This document shows, piece by piece, positions 1 through 8,791 of a stretch of 64,000 bases of DNA. The stretch is from a virus. A model generated the notes under the pieces. That model made no database searches. It had not been told where the DNA came from and saw only the letters and a list, made by a program, of their open reading frames with translations. Made by a program: the position numbers and the translations under genes. The stretch covers positions 32,001-96,000 of the IMG/VR virus record IMGVR_UViG_3300037478_000520; one strand, given 5' to 3'. Within the stretch, counting starts at the first letter, position 1; each line of letters begins with the position of its first letter.

Positions 1-589
1 GAAGTGCAGCGACGCTTCCAGCAATGAATGGTTTGCGATTTTCCCCAACGCGCGATTTCGTGTGCTGTTTCAAGAGGCGTGGCGGGTGCTGAAGCCGGAC
101 ACGCACCTGTATCTGTTCGTCGACGCCGAGACGATGTTCGTGGCCAAGCCGATCGCGGAGGAGGTCGGCTTTCGGTTCTGGAAGCCAATCGTATGGGACA
201 AATGCCGGATCGGGATGGGCTACCACTACCGTGCGCGCTACGAGTTCGTGCTCTTCTTCGAGAAGGGCGCTCGACGACTCAACGACCTAGGGATTTCCGA
301 CATCATCGCTGCCCCGCGCATTCATCGTGGCTACCCGACCGAGAAGCCGCCGGAGGTGGCCGACGTTCTGATTCGTAACAGCAGCCAGCCTGGTGGACTC
401 GTGATCGACCCATTCATGGGGTCCGGGTCAACGGGCGTCGCGGCGATGCGCAGCGGTAGACGGTTTCTCGGGAACGACGTTGCGGCGATGGCGCTCAGCA
501 TCGCGCGCCCGAGGCTGGAAGAAGCAGGAGGCCGAGAGGTTCTGGTCAATGAATCCGTCAAGGGCCAGATATCGATGGGGATCAGATGA
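1..589 (+). CDS. Site-specific DNA methyltransferase (N4-C/N6-A, beta class), 5'-truncated by the window
   Basis: Frame is open from position 2. Motifs RVLKPDTHLYLF, YPTEKP and SAM-binding VIDPFMGSGSTGVAA. Confidence 0.9.
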   Translation, partial: KCSDASSNEWFAIFPNARFRVLFQEAWRVLKPDTHLYLFVDAETMFVAKPIAEEVGFRFWKPIVWDKCRIGMGYHYRARYEFVLFFEKGARRLNDLGISDIIAAPRIHRGYPTEKPPEVADVLIRNSSQPGGLVIDPFMGSGSTGVAAMRSGRRFLGNDVAAMALSIARPRLEEAGGREVLVNESVKGQISMGIR

Positions 590-1083
590 AGGGAGATTTC
601 GGAATGAAGCGCGTCTTTTGGGCAGTGCGGAACGATCGCGGCGAGTACGTGAGCCACGACGGGAGCTGTGGACCTGTGCCGTGCCTCTACTTCGATCGCG
701 GAGTGGCGGAGATGGACGCCGAGCGGCTTGGCGGCATGGTCGACATGGTGGTCATGACGCCGCCGGACGTCGAGCCACAGCAAGCTACTGCAGCGGCGCC
801 GAAGAAGCGTGCACCGGTGAAATGGAAAGACATCACAAGCTACTCGCAGAGTGAAAAGGATCGCACTCCGCGTACCTTCCAGTGGTGTCTCCCGCACTAC
901 ATAAGGGTAACCGTGACACGACACCGTGACTACGACCCAGATGTTTGGCTATTGGGCGTGCCTGGGATCATAAATCAGAAGATTCTTTGCCGAGGCGACA
1001 ATCCGAACGAAGCACAGCGCCTTGCGGTTGACGATGTGACAGCCTTTTTTCAATCACTAGTCAACGCTTTGGTGGAGTCGTAA
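586..1083 (+). CDS. Hypothetical phage protein
   Basis: 165-aa ORF with ATGA overlap to the methyltransferase. Confidence 0.65.
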   Translation: MKGDFGMKRVFWAVRNDRGEYVSHDGSCGPVPCLYFDRGVAEMDAERLGGMVDMVVMTPPDVEPQQATAAAPKKRAPVKWKDITSYSQSEKDRTPRTFQWCLPHYIRVTVTRHRDYDPDVWLLGVPGIINQKILCRGDNPNEAQRLAVDDVTAFFQSLVNALVES

Positions 1084-1145
1084 ACACGTCGTGGAGGGTG
1101 ACCATGCGCAGTGGTCGGGGTTGTCTGTGGACATGAGAGGATACG

Positions 1146-1574
1146 ATGGCAATTAAGAACATGGACGAGATGCTGATCGATGAACCCGACTACGAGGAGA
1201 CTCGTGAAGCCGTCCAGAGCTCGATCGGAAAGACGATCGTGGGCGCTGAAATAGACAGTGAGGCGAACGGTGGGCGCGGCGCTCTGGTGCTCCGACTTGC
1301 CGACGGCACCGTGATACACGTCTACGACTCTGTGGTGACGCAGCCTGGATCTCAGTTCTTGACGACCGACGACGATCTGACATGGCTTTGCGGTGGCAAA
1401 CTGCGATCGATTGAGGTCGAGGTGGGTCCAGATGAAACCGACGAAGACGGCTACACCCACGAAGTGGATTTCGTCCGCGTGGTCACGGACATCGGCGACG
1501 CCACGCTGGTCGCGCACAACGATCACCCTCCGTACTACGGGGGGATCACGATGTGCGCCAGGCTGGTTTCGTGA
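1146..1574 (+). CDS. Acidic hypothetical phage protein
   Basis: GAGAGG SD; HNDHPPYYGG tail typical of a conserved phage family. Confidence 0.7.
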   Translation: MAIKNMDEMLIDEPDYEETREAVQSSIGKTIVGAEIDSEANGGRGALVLRLADGTVIHVYDSVVTQPGSQFLTTDDDLTWLCGGKLRSIEVEVGPDETDEDGYTHEVDFVRVVTDIGDATLVAHNDHPPYYGGITMCARLVS

Positions 1575-1939
1575 AAGTCGTGCTCGTAACAGGCTCGCGA
1601 GATTGGGGTGACGTGGACGCCGTGGTGGCTGCATTAAGCAAGGCGGATCCGGAGCTTCTTGTGCATGGAGCCTGCCCGTCTGGCGCTGACAGGATCGCTG
1701 CCGAGTGGGCAATCGATGCCAAGGTTCCGGCGCTGACATTCCCGGCGCTTTGGGGAGAGTGCGGCAAGGCAGCCGGGCCGATCAGGAATTCTGAGATGGT
1801 TGGTCTGCTTGACCTGCTACGGATCTATGGTCACGAAGTGGAGGTGCACGCGTTCCCGCGAGCGGGCAGCAACGGTACGCGCGACTGCATCGCGAAGGCG
1901 AAAGCGAAGCTCCTGCACGTGATCGTGCATGGCCGATGA
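1571..1939 (+). CDS. SLOG-family (DUF2493/YspA-like) protein
   Basis: VLVTGSRDW, LVHGACPSGAD, AAGPIRN, AFP..GSNGT motifs; GTGA overlap. Confidence 0.85.
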   Translation: MKVVLVTGSRDWGDVDAVVAALSKADPELLVHGACPSGADRIAAEWAIDAKVPALTFPALWGECGKAAGPIRNSEMVGLLDLLRIYGHEVEVHAFPRAGSNGTRDCIAKAKAKLLHVIVHGR

Positions 1940-2216
1940 GGTTAACCCAACCATGACAACCATCGAGACGATAGAGTTCGACGCTCGCAAGCACCACGGG
2001 ACCGCGTTGAAGGACAAAACTGGAGCGGTCTACATCACCGTGGCGCCCGGACCGTTCGACGTCGCGACGTGGTTATGGTGGTGGCTGGCGCCGTCCGACA
2101 AGCGAGTGTGGGTTCACCTGAGAACGGGTGACGGCCAGAAGGTAAGAGCGCGGGCCATTCGGATAGCGACGCGGCTGGTAACGATTGGCAAGGCTATCGA
2201 AGACGAGCCAAAATAG
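1929..2216 (+). CDS. Hypothetical protein
   Basis: 95-aa ORF in operon context. Confidence 0.55.
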   Translation: MADEVNPTMTTIETIEFDARKHHGTALKDKTGAVYITVAPGPFDVATWLWWWLAPSDKRVWVHLRTGDGQKVRARAIRIATRLVTIGKAIEDEPK

Positions 2217-2269
2217 GGTCTCGCCTGGTTGAATCCGGGCTCAATCAAGATCAGGAGAGGAAACAGGGA

Positions 2270-3019
2270 ATGCCAAAACTTCACGAAGTGCTAGCGATCG
2301 AGAAGGGCGAGCGTGCTCGCGTGCAAAAGTCGTTGACCGATCTTCACCGAGCTGCGTCCACGGAGGGCCTCTACAACGGGCTTGCTAGGACGTACAAGCC
2401 AGCCGTGGACGGCGGCGAGGAACTCCCGCCAGAGAGCCAGATCGTCCAGGTACGCGCCGTTGATGCCTTGCGAAAGGAAGCTGACCTGCTTGCACCTCTG
2501 TGGGACATCATCGCCGCAAAGGACTGGACGAACGCGAGCGGAGATGCCGTAGCCAACATTGTGGTAGACGGGGATGTGCTGATTGACGGAGTCCCCGTCT
2601 CGTACCTGCTGTGGCTTGGCAAGACGCTTGACGACGTGAGCACGTTCATCGCCAAGATTCCGACGCTCGATCCGTCGGAGAAGTGGCATTGGAACGGTGA
2701 TCAGAACTGCTATGCTACCGAGGTGGCGTTCACGAACCGGACCAAGAAGGTGCTTCGCAACCATACGAAGCACCCTGGTTCCGAGCACCACCCTCCGCAG
2801 GTCGAAACCTACACGGAGGACGAGGTGATTGGGAAGTTCGAGCGCATCCGGTATTCCGGAGCCCTACCCGCGGATCTCAAAGAGAAGCTAGTCGGTCGTG
2901 TTAGCGCACTCAAGAATGCCGTGGCGCAGGCCCGGGAGCGCGCAAACTCGGTGGAAGCACTTCGCCCAGAGGTTGGTCGCAAGGTGTTCGATTTTCTGCT
3001 GGAGCCCATCCAGCAGTAA
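2270..3019 (+). CDS. Conserved coiled-coil protein (DUF7873-like) upstream of tRNA-like RNAs
   Basis: KL..VLAIEKG, RTYKP..DGGEELPPESQ.VQ, KDWTN, VPVSYLLWL.K, RTKKVLRNH, HPPQVETYTED, YSGALP, ARERAN. Confidence 0.8.
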   Translation: MPKLHEVLAIEKGERARVQKSLTDLHRAASTEGLYNGLARTYKPAVDGGEELPPESQIVQVRAVDALRKEADLLAPLWDIIAAKDWTNASGDAVANIVVDGDVLIDGVPVSYLLWLGKTLDDVSTFIAKIPTLDPSEKWHWNGDQNCYATEVAFTNRTKKVLRNHTKHPGSEHHPPQVETYTEDEVIGKFERIRYSGALPADLKEKLVGRVSALKNAVAQARERANSVEALRPEVGRKVFDFLLEPIQQ

Positions 3020-3106
3020 GGATTTCCCGTCGGCGTGCTGGCGGGAGGAGACAAAGATCAAGCTGAAGAGGTGACGTTGAAAAAGACGCTGGGCTAACAA
3101 GCTCTT

Positions 3107-3194
3107 GCAGGTTCGAGTCCTGCCTCCTGCGCTGAAGTCTTGCGTGCATTGTCATGCGAGGGTTGAGCGCAGGGGTGGCGAAATGGCAAACGCG
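3107..3194 (+). ncRNA. Circularly permuted tRNA-like module 1 (YrlA/Y-RNA-like order)
   Basis: T-arm GCAGG-TTCGAGT-CCTGC, then CTCCTGC pairing 7/7 with downstream GCAGGGG, then D-arm TGGCGAAATGGCAAACGC. Confidence 0.7.
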
Positions 3195-3282
3195 GCGTTC
3201 CATAAAACAAAAGCTATGTCTCCAAGCTCGATGACGATAGCGATTGCCATCTCTACCGACTTGCAACCCAAACTCCCAAGAC

Positions 3283-3341
3283 GTCGGTTCGAATCCGACC
3301 CTGGTCGCCAATTTATGACCCGGTAGCTTAGCGGAAAAGCG
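3283..3341 (+). ncRNA. Circularly permuted tRNA-like module 2
   Basis: T-arm GTCGG-TTCGAAT-CCGAC, CCTGGTC-G-CCA, 6-nt linker, GACCCGG (6/7 pairs), D-arm TAGCTTAGCGGAAAAGC. Confidence 0.7.
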
Positions 3342-3426
3342 TGGGTGCTCAATCTGAGGGGCGAGCGACCGTCGTTGGCATGTCGGATAGGCTATCGTCT
3401 CTGTCCTACAAGGCAGAGAAAAACTG

Positions 3427-3462
3427 GACGGGATCGGAAGGCTATCCGGTCCCGTCTTTTTT
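3427..3462 (+). terminator. Intrinsic terminator
   Basis: GACGGGATCGGA-aggcta-TCCGGTCCCGTC followed by T6. Confidence 0.85.
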
Positions 3463-3587
3463 GATGGCGATACTTGCGCGGACGACTGGCTCGTAATACG
3501 TCTAGATGGATTCACGATGAACCATCGTTTTCCACGGACGGACAGCCCAGGACGACCGCGCGATTGAAGCGCGGAACCGTCGCTGTC

Positions 3588-3662
3588 CGCCGTGTGGGTC
3601 ATTGGGTGACCGCTCGTTTCGGGAACGAGATCAAGGCAGTTCGATTCTGTCCACGGCGACCA
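3588..3662 (+). tRNA. tRNA-Pro(CGG) with encoded CCA
   Basis: Acceptor CGCCGTG/CACGGCG, D GGTC/GACC, anticodon arm CTCGT-TTCGGGA-ACGAG, T GGCAG-TTCGATT-CTGTC, A73-CCA. C1:G72 and A73 fit Pro identity. Confidence 0.8.
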
Positions 3663-3664
3663 TC

Positions 3665-3947
3665 ATGAACTACGAACTACACGAATCCGAGGGCTGCGCG
3701 CCGATCAAGCTCTGGACGCGCGGGGTTCCAGTCGAAGGTGAGGCGCTGCGCCAGCTCGAGAACGTGGCGCGGCTGCCGATCATCCACAAGTGGGTGGCGG
3801 CCAACACGGTTGTGCACCTGGGCACCCTGGGCACGGGCATAGCTGCAGCCATGGCGCCGGCCGCGTCATGTCGCGCACGAAGGCGAAGAAGGTGTTCACG
3901 GTCGAAGACCACGCACTGGCAACTGCAGGTGTCGAGTGTCGCAAGGG
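3665..3947 (+). pseudogene. rtcB: rtcB RNA ligase, internally deleted remnant
   Basis: N-terminus PIKLWTRGVPVE..ALRQL.NVARLP jumps to HLGTLGTG, then out of frame to HSCSHGAGRVMSRTKAK. Confidence 0.85.
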
Positions 3948-3999
3948 ACCAAACTCGTGAATCTGATCGTTGCTGGAGCGATCGAAGGCCCTCCCAAAA

Positions 4000-4338
4000 A
4001 TGGCTGACGAGGACCTGCCGATTCTTCGCCATGACGACATCGTTCCTGCGCGGGACGGTGCGCCGGTACAGGCCATCATCTGGCGAGGCGAAGCTGTGAC
4101 CGAACTAGCGTCCAAAACGAACATCGAGGTTGCGAGGCAGACGTACGCGGAGCCGGCCAAGTACAAGTACGCGATCCCGTCCGGATTCAGGTGGGCAGGG
4201 ACTACCATTCTTGGCGTCGGCACCTTGTGGGCGATCCACTCAAAGTCATCGAATATCTACGAGTTGGTTGCGGGGCTGGTCGCGTCGGCTGTACTGGTCG
4301 GGATCTACAGATTTGTATTCGATGCGAAACGTGGATAG
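4000..4338 (+). CDS. Small two-TM membrane protein
   Basis: Two hydrophobic segments in the C-terminal half. Confidence 0.55.
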   Translation: MADEDLPILRHDDIVPARDGAPVQAIIWRGEAVTELASKTNIEVARQTYAEPAKYKYAIPSGFRWAGTTILGVGTLWAIHSKSSNIYELVAGLVASAVLVGIYRFVFDAKRG

Positions 4339-4429
4339 CTATCTCCGCCCGGACTTCGAGCCCCACGCGGCAACCTCGGACTCGGGGATCAGCGCTAGCA
4401 GGTCTTCGATCGCCCAGACGCGATCGGTC
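4339..4429 (-). pseudogene. 3' remnant of a second IS1-family transposase
   Basis: DRVWAIEDLLALIPESEVAAWGSKS matches the intact transposase C-terminus DHVWAIDDLLALIPEPERAARGSKS. Confidence 0.8.
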
Positions 4430-5074
4430 GGTAGTGGGTCAGTTTGAATTTCGGACGTCCTGAAGCCGATCACAGCCGATAGCGCTTGTTTGCGTCCCGG
4501 AACGCCATAGCACCATCCTTCGCGATACGAAGGCGAATGAGTCTCTTCGACACCGTCCAGCACGATTGATTTCAGGGCGTCGGCGCCGTCGCGTAGTCCG
4601 CGGATGTAGTCCGGGTCTTGCGGTTGTTCGTCGCCATGGAGGCGCTCGCTCGCGCTGTAGACCCAGCCGCTCATGTACTGGTTGCGGCGCGACATCCTCT
4701 GATCGGTCGAGCCCATCGGGGGTGAGTCTATCGCAGTCCCACGCTTTCTACCTGCACGGAGGACGCTGCGAAGACTCCGGCGTCCAGGCCCGTAGTTGAG
4801 GTCCCGGACCAAGTTGGGCATGCTGCGGTGGTCGAGGACGGACATGGCTAGGTGAAACCTGGTGTGACAAGGCAAGGAATGGCTCGTGGCCACCGGCGGG
4901 CAATCGCTGGTGGCCTTTTCATTCTGCATGACGTCGCTCACGGCTGGGCGGCCCTCGCAGACTGACGCCGACCCCACACTGGCCGAGTCCCTCGTTCCTG
5001 GCTTGGCACGTAACTTGCTTGCTTATGCCGGCGAGAGGATCGCGGTAAATGAGTTACGGCGTAACCATGTTGTC

Positions 5075-5557
5075 ATGCAGGGTCAAATCGGAGAGCATTC
5101 GAGCCCGATGGGGGATTCGCGCGGGGATAGAGAGAGGCCGGCGGCGGTGTCCGGAGGTGCCGCAAGCCCGGAGCCCGTTGCCGCCTTTTCCGGAAGGGTC
5201 GAGGTTGAACGGGGCCATTACAAGGGATGGGTTTCCTTTCGGGGTGGCGCTCTGCTTACCGGCGTCCTCGGCGGGGCCGGAGCGCTGTGGCTTGCGGCCA
5301 CAGAACTGGACCCATTCAACAATCCAGCGCACTTTGTCGTCGCAATGATTGCCTGCTTTGCGGTTGGACTCGGGCTTCAAGCTGCCGTTAGTCACGGCAG
5401 GCTACACGACGCGCTTCAAGAGAAGGACAACTATCGAAAAGAGATGGAGAAGCTTGCGCAACGAAACCGCGACCTCGAAGAGCGCTTACTTCATCACAGA
5501 CTGTCGAGCATCCCAGCACTCCAGAACACGCAAAAACGCAAGCGAGGTAGGCGATGA
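5075..5557 (+). CDS. Two-TM membrane protein with coiled-coil tail (IS cargo)
   Basis: Two hydrophobic helices followed by a charged heptad tail; start uncertain. Confidence 0.55.
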   Translation: MQGQIGEHSSPMGDSRGDRERPAAVSGGAASPEPVAAFSGRVEVERGHYKGWVSFRGGALLTGVLGGAGALWLAATELDPFNNPAHFVVAMIACFAVGLGLQAAVSHGRLHDALQEKDNYRKEMEKLAQRNRDLEERLLHHRLSSIPALQNTQKRKRGRR

Positions 5558-6162
5558 CCATGTTCTATGAGTCTCTGTCTGTCGCCGGATGTGTGATCGC
5601 GATCGGATCGGTCGTGGCGTACAACAGGTCCGTTTGGCGCGAACTCGACCTGGCGCGCCGAGAGACTTCTCGTTTCCCCTTGTTCGCTGCGAGATCACAT
5701 CTCGTACGCATGATCGCTACCGGCAAGATGAGGGAGGACAACCGCGCTTGGCGCGACATGTATGAGACGGTCAATTTCCTTCTGGACATGCACCAGCGAC
5801 TACACCTCCTCGACTTCGTATCCAGGTACATTAGATTCGCGCTCTCCGTACAGCGTGATAGCGACCATCGGCAGCGAGTCGAAGAGGCTAAGTTGATTGC
5901 GGACGAGGCCGAAAAAGTTGTTCCCGAATTTGCGGCGATTCGAGAAGAGGTTGCATCCGCATTTGTCTTCATGACGAAGAAGAGAACAAGCCGATTTCAC
6001 CTCATGGCTGTATACGCGCTGGCAGCGACCCTCAGAATTGCGGCGACTGCCGCGAAAGCAGGTGTCGGTCCCGCTTTTGAGGTTGCGCGGATCGTACATT
6101 CGTCTCGCGTCGGCGTATCTACTGACCAGCTACAGGTGTGGCGCGGCGACTGCGCCGCCTGA
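5554..6162 (+). CDS. Membrane-anchored hypothetical protein (IS cargo)
   Basis: ATGA overlap; N-terminal TM helix. Confidence 0.6.
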   Translation: MTMFYESLSVAGCVIAIGSVVAYNRSVWRELDLARRETSRFPLFAARSHLVRMIATGKMREDNRAWRDMYETVNFLLDMHQRLHLLDFVSRYIRFALSVQRDSDHRQRVEEAKLIADEAEKVVPEFAAIREEVASAFVFMTKKRTSRFHLMAVYALAATLRIAATAAKAGVGPAFEVARIVHSSRVGVSTDQLQVWRGDCAA

Positions 6163-6168
6163 GCGTCA

Positions 6169-7044
6169 TCAAACAGAACGCGACTTCGATCCCCTCGCGG
6201 CGCGCTCCGGCTCCGGGATCAGCGCGAGCAAGTCATCGATCGCCCATACGTGATCGGCCAGTCCGGCTTCCATGGCCGGCGTCACGCGCAGCGTCTGGTG
6301 AACGCGGCAGAAGTTGTAGAACATGAAGTGCAACGACACCGCGTGCTCCAGGTTTTCGAGCTTCTTGCTGAACGCGTTCGTGAGGCGCGTGAACCGACGC
6401 ATGGCCATGCGCATCGTCAAGTTCTGGCGCTCGACGTAGCTGGTTGAGACGTGTTCGGTCTTCGGGCAGCCGGTGATCGGCTTCTTGCTGATCCCGGTGC
6501 ACGCCGCGGGGCTGTAGCGGCCCGCTCCGGCGTCCACCTCGCCGTACTGCTTGACCAGCATGGCGTAGTCGATCTCGCCCGCGAACGCGGCGTCTACGGC
6601 GGCCAGGTAGGGCTTGTGGCCGTCCGTAGTGAGCTGAACGCGGTTCGACAGACGGGCGGCCACGTCCTGCATGAACTCCCACGCGTAGCCGGCATCTCGC
6701 TGCCCGATCAGATACGAGATGACCAGCTTGCTGTCCGCGTCGATCGCGGTCCACGTCCACATGGAGCCCTTCTCGCCGGTCGCCTTTTCGGACTCGCTCA
6801 GGTTCTTGTCCTTGGCGTACACGAAAGACCAAATCTCGTCGCACTGCACCCGCTTGGCCGTCACGCCGCGCACATGATCGTCGTGGTATGCACGGCAGGC
6901 GGCGCCCAGGTCGCGCAAGAGCTTGGTCACGGTGTTCTTGGACACGCCGACGATCCGCGTGGTCGCGCGGAGGGAATTCCCGTCCACCAGGCAGCGAACG
7001 ATCTGCGCGCGGGTCTTCATGTCCAACCGGTTCATGTTGACCAT
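6169..7044 (-). CDS. IS1-family DDE transposase
   Basis: HTH (GNSLRATTRIVGVSKNTV), VQCDEIWSFV, LTTDGH, STSYVERQNLTMR..MRRFTRLTNAFSKK. Confidence 0.92.
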   Translation of the reverse strand: MVNMNRLDMKTRAQIVRCLVDGNSLRATTRIVGVSKNTVTKLLRDLGAACRAYHDDHVRGVTAKRVQCDEIWSFVYAKDKNLSESEKATGEKGSMWTWTAIDADSKLVISYLIGQRDAGYAWEFMQDVAARLSNRVQLTTDGHKPYLAAVDAAFAGEIDYAMLVKQYGEVDAGAGRYSPAACTGISKKPITGCPKTEHVSTSYVERQNLTMRMAMRRFTRLTNAFSKKLENLEHAVSLHFMFYNFCRVHQTLRVTPAMEAGLADHVWAIDDLLALIPEPERAARGSKSRSV

Positions 7045-7141
7045 TATGCTTGAATGGTCATGCATATGCAAGCACATTCTATTGCATGTGCTTGCATTAT
7101 CCCCGCCCGCCGTTAGAATGGAGCAGGAGGCAAAGCTTGCA

Positions 7142-8152
7142 ATGACTGACGAAGAAAGCCCGAACGGTCCGAAGCCCCGGGAGAAGAAGCCGACTGGCAA
7201 GGCTATCGGCGCGAAGGCCCGCGCCGATGCGCTGAGCCCGGAACGGAGAAAGGAAATAGCCAAAAAGGCAGCGGCGGCGCGCTGGGGCGAAAAGGCTCCA
7301 AAGGCAACGCACAAGGGCAGTTTCAAGGAGGATTTCGGGATCGACGTCGACTGCTACGTGCTCGACGACGATCAGAAGACGGCCGTCGTCAGTCAACGTG
7401 GAATGGGGGCTGCACTCGGTCTTGGCCAGACAGGTGGAGCTAAGCTTCCTCGGTTTCTGGACGGTGAAAAGGTGGCCCCGTACGTCGGCCCTGAACTAGG
7501 CCAAAAAATACGAAATCCTATTGTATTTCAACTGTCTTCCCCGGCCTCGAACCAGCCAATCACCCCGATCTACGGGTACGACGTGACCATTCTGATCGAC
7601 GTCTGCAAGACGATCATTAAGGCGCAAGAAGACGGCGGCTTGCTGAAGCGCCAGGCGCATATTGCTCGGCAGGCTCAGGTCATCGTCAACGCTTCGGCCA
7701 AGGCCGGAATCAAGGGGCTCGTCTACGCGCTGGCTGGCTACGACGCGAAGCGCGAAGACGTCATTCAGGCGTTCAAGTTCTACGTGCGGGAGGAAGCACG
7801 CGAGTACGAGAAGGAATTCCCGGACCAGCTCTACACCGAGTGGTACCGGCTCTATCAGTTGCCCAAGCCCAAACGGAACAAGCCGTGGAAGTTCAAGCAC
7901 ATGACTCTCGACCACGTCTACACGCCGCTGGCGCACAGCAACGGCAAGGTGCTGGAGCTTACGCGAGTAAAGAAGGCTGGCAGCGGAGCGCGGCACAAGA
8001 AGCTGCATCAGTTCCTATCAGAGATCGGCGTCAAAGCGTTACGTACTCACCTCGGGCAGTTGCTAGGCATCGCGCTGGTTTCGGACAGCCAAGAGCAGTA
8101 CGAGCGCTACATCAAGAAGGTGTTTGGTCGACAGGTGGAGTTGGACGTCTAG
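7142..8152 (+). CDS. P63C-domain protein
   Basis: ARADALSPERRKEIAKKAAAARW, IDVDCYVLDD, AKAGIKGLVYALAGY, YEKEFPDQLY.EWYRLY, KLHQFLS. Confidence 0.85.
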   Translation: MTDEESPNGPKPREKKPTGKAIGAKARADALSPERRKEIAKKAAAARWGEKAPKATHKGSFKEDFGIDVDCYVLDDDQKTAVVSQRGMGAALGLGQTGGAKLPRFLDGEKVAPYVGPELGQKIRNPIVFQLSSPASNQPITPIYGYDVTILIDVCKTIIKAQEDGGLLKRQAHIARQAQVIVNASAKAGIKGLVYALAGYDAKREDVIQAFKFYVREEAREYEKEFPDQLYTEWYRLYQLPKPKRNKPWKFKHMTLDHVYTPLAHSNGKVLELTRVKKAGSGARHKKLHQFLSEIGVKALRTHLGQLLGIALVSDSQEQYERYIKKVFGRQVELDV

Positions 8153-8158
8153 GGGGCA

Positions 8159-8389
8159 CTACTTCCCCCACCGCGCGTTTGCCGCCTTCCGCGCGATATC
8201 GGTTCGCTTCTTCTTCGACAGCTTCGCCGCCCGCGCCTTCCCGCCCTTGAGCCCACCCTTGCGCCCGAGCGCAACGGCGGCCGGGTCCTTGTCGCCAAGG
8301 TCTTCGGGCTCGCCATCGCCGATCGCGTCCGCCACGATGCTGGCAGCCAGCTTGTTGATGTCGACAGGTCGTTTCTTCTTGCTTGCCAT
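8159..8389 (-). CDS. Small basic IS-associated protein
   Basis: RPVDINKLA, KDPAAVALGRKGGLKGGKARAAKLS..RTDIARKAA.ARW. Confidence 0.8.
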   Translation of the reverse strand: MASKKKRPVDINKLAASIVADAIGDGEPEDLGDKDPAAVALGRKGGLKGGKARAAKLSKKKRTDIARKAANARWGK

Positions 8390-8398
8390 TGCGGTTCC

Positions 8399-8719
8399 CT
8401 AGCGCCCACAGGTCGGGCAGCTGCATTCCCGGGGCCATACCCCGGAGAGAATATCCTCGACGGGCACGCCGGCCACCTGGGCGGCTCTGAGAGCCAGCCC
8501 CGGTGATGGAACGCTGTTGCTCCCGATGCCGTTCCCGGCGGGCTTTCTGACCGCTTCAACGCTACAGCGTAGCCGCTGCGCGAGGGGTCGCCAGCCACCG
8601 ACTTGCGCGCGGATGGCCTTCAGCGCGCGCTTGACGTTGGCCTGTTCTTCCGGGCTAAGCTCGAAGGCCACGTGCTTGCGTGGGCGGCGCCAGGTCTGGG
8701 TCTTGCTAAGAACCGTCAC
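8399..8719 (-). CDS. XRE-like HTH protein with C-terminal CPxCG
   Basis: LAQRLRCS..., PSPGLALRAAQVAGVPVEDILSG, CPTCG. Confidence 0.7.
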   Translation of the reverse strand: MTVLSKTQTWRRPRKHVAFELSPEEQANVKRALKAIRAQVGGWRPLAQRLRCSVEAVRKPAGNGIGSNSVPSPGLALRAAQVAGVPVEDILSGVWPRECSCPTCGR

Positions 8720-8791
8720 CCGATCAGAATGCGTATGCTTGAGCGGTCATGCAAGCGGGGATCGCTCGGCAATTCAAACTGACCCACTACC

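Larger units (their letters stand above)
4430..8791 (-). mobile_element. IS1-family element with passenger genes (4362 bp)
   Basis: Perfect 21-bp terminal inverted repeats GGTAGTGGGTCAGTTTGAATT at 4430-4450 and 8771-8791; internal DDE transposase; no target-site duplication visible. Confidence 0.85.

Noticed and set aside
3169-3310. A single conventional tRNA-Leu with an intron, or tmRNA
   Set aside because: GCAGGGG pairs 7/7 with the upstream CTCCTGC but poorly with the downstream CCTGGTC, and there is no anticodon arm. The permuted reading fits better.
3838-3946. Diversity-generating retroelement TR/VR pair with 8908-9016
   Set aside because: Differences are mostly synonymous and not adenine-specific, both copies are rtcB, and no reverse transcriptase is present.
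4339-4977. 212-aa minus-strand gene
   Set aside because: It is a chimeric frame reading through the IS inverted repeat into a transposase remnant.
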